Positions 62,842 to 64,000 of a stretch of 64,000 bases of DNA are shown in pieces. Made by a program: the position numbers and the translations under genes. Origin of the DNA: Podarcis gaigeae (taxonomy: Eukaryota); NCBI GenBank assembly GCA_964106915.2, contig OZ066919.1. One strand, given 5' to 3'. Below the pieces are notes generated by a model, which was not told where the DNA came from, made no database searches, and saw only the letters and a program-made list of their open reading frames with translations. Position 1 is the first letter of the stretch. Each line of letters starts with the position of its first letter.

Positions 62842-63195
62842 AGGTAAAGGTAAAGGGCCTCCTGACCATTGGGTCCAATCGTGACCAACTCTGGGGTTGC
62901 GGCGCTCATCTTGCTTTATTGGCCGAGGGAGCCGGCATACAGCTTCCAGGTCATGTGGCCAGCATGACTAAGCCGCTTCTGGTGAACCAGAGCAGCACAT
63001 GGAAACGCCATTTACCTTCCCGCAGGAGCAGTATCTATTTATCTACTTGCACTTTGATGTGCTTTCAAACTGCTAGGTTGACAGGAGCAGGGACAGAGCA
63101 AGGGAGCTCACTCCGTCACGGGGATTCGAACCGCTGACCTTCTGATCGGCAAGTCCTAGGCTCTGTGGTTTAACCCACAGCGCCACCCGTGTTCC
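62842..63195 (-). mobile_element. Full-length Sauria SINE
   Basis: aggtaaaggtaaagg tail, ggattcgaacc (box B reverse complement), imperfect AT-rich TSD aatatatata. Confidence 0.92.
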
Positions 63196-64000
63196 TAAAA
63201 ATAATATATATATCTCTGCTAAACTCAGTTCAGGAAGGTAAAAGAACCCCAGCCCAAATCTCCATTGTTTTTACATAATAGGAATAAATAGAAAATTCTA
63301 GTCCCCAAAGTGTATATTTGCGTGCACGCGCATGTGCACAGTCATTAATTGGAGCCTCTCTGGGAATGTCCATCAACCGGCAATTCTATTGTGCTGGGTC
63401 TTAGAGTGAACAGACCTGCAGGCTACGGTGTGTGTTCCCTAACTCAAGGTGTGTCATTGATTTACACGCAATGTCTGCTTGACATCTCCCTGGACACCAT
63501 TTAAAAGCCCAGTGACTCATCTCTAGGGAATTTCTTCTCAATACACACAAAGCCAATGAATTGCATTTGTTTGCAGCTGGGTGGAGATGGCCCCTCCTGT
63601 GCAAAGACATGAGCGATAAAACCTCAGGATAGAAACAAATGGCCTTTTTCTATTACCTGCTGCACTATGTAAGGCTGAAGGTTTTGCCAGATTTTTAAGG
63701 GCAAAAATGCTGAAAGCACAGTATGTTACTGTGAAATCATGCATTTACCAGCTACATATCTGTGGTGTAAATTATATGTATATGAAGGTATGCAATCATC
63801 CAGGAAGCATCCAGCCTAGATGGAGCAGGTAGGACTCACAGAACTCAGTGGGACAGCTCATGAGTAAATTTGCATAGTTGCATCCTTATGGTAATAGTTA
63901 TCAAACATCTCCCCAAAAATCTAGACAGATATCCATCATCAATAGCCTTATAGTCAACAGGCATTATTGGACACCCACTTCAAATGTAACAGTCTTGGTC

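Noticed and set aside
59085-64000. Search for the terminal ST3GAL3 exon (SWTHNIQREKEFL..., sialylmotif VS)
   Set aside because: No matching frame found; presumably beyond the window end, so not evidence of truncation or pseudogenisation.

Overview
Eukaryotic genomic DNA from a squamate reptile, most likely a lacertid lizard judging from the Sauria SINE, Squam2/Squam3-type SINEs and lizard-type CR1/L2/MITEs. The whole window lies inside one + strand gene, ST3GAL3 (alpha-2,3-sialyltransferase, GT29). Six consecutive internal coding exons are present: 7566-7660, 16808-16871, 19854-19949, 21098-21284, 35575-35721 and 58938-59084 (736 nt). All have AG/GT boundaries and compatible phases, and together they encode sialylmotifs L, S and III. 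The start-codon exons and the last exon lie outside the window. The rest is intron (9.1, 3.0, 1.1, 14.3 and 23.2 kb) containing SINEs, CR1 and L2 LINE fragments, Tc1/mariner and hAT MITEs, a probable DIRS fragment and microsatellites. Almost all ORFs in the supplied track are spurious. I found no new protein-coding system. The most notable unexplained structure is fold-back sequence. There are several long intronic hairpins whose non-Watson-Crick pairs are mostly G-U on the sense strand (best case 2156-2392), and two perfect 20-22 bp short-loop palindromes either side of one exon. Also notable are a SINE with an 82-bp target duplication, a DIRS-like insert between 52-bp direct repeats, and inverted Sauria SINEs bracketing two frame-symmetric exons. 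Repeat family names and comparisons with human come from recall, not database searches, and all folding was done by eye.
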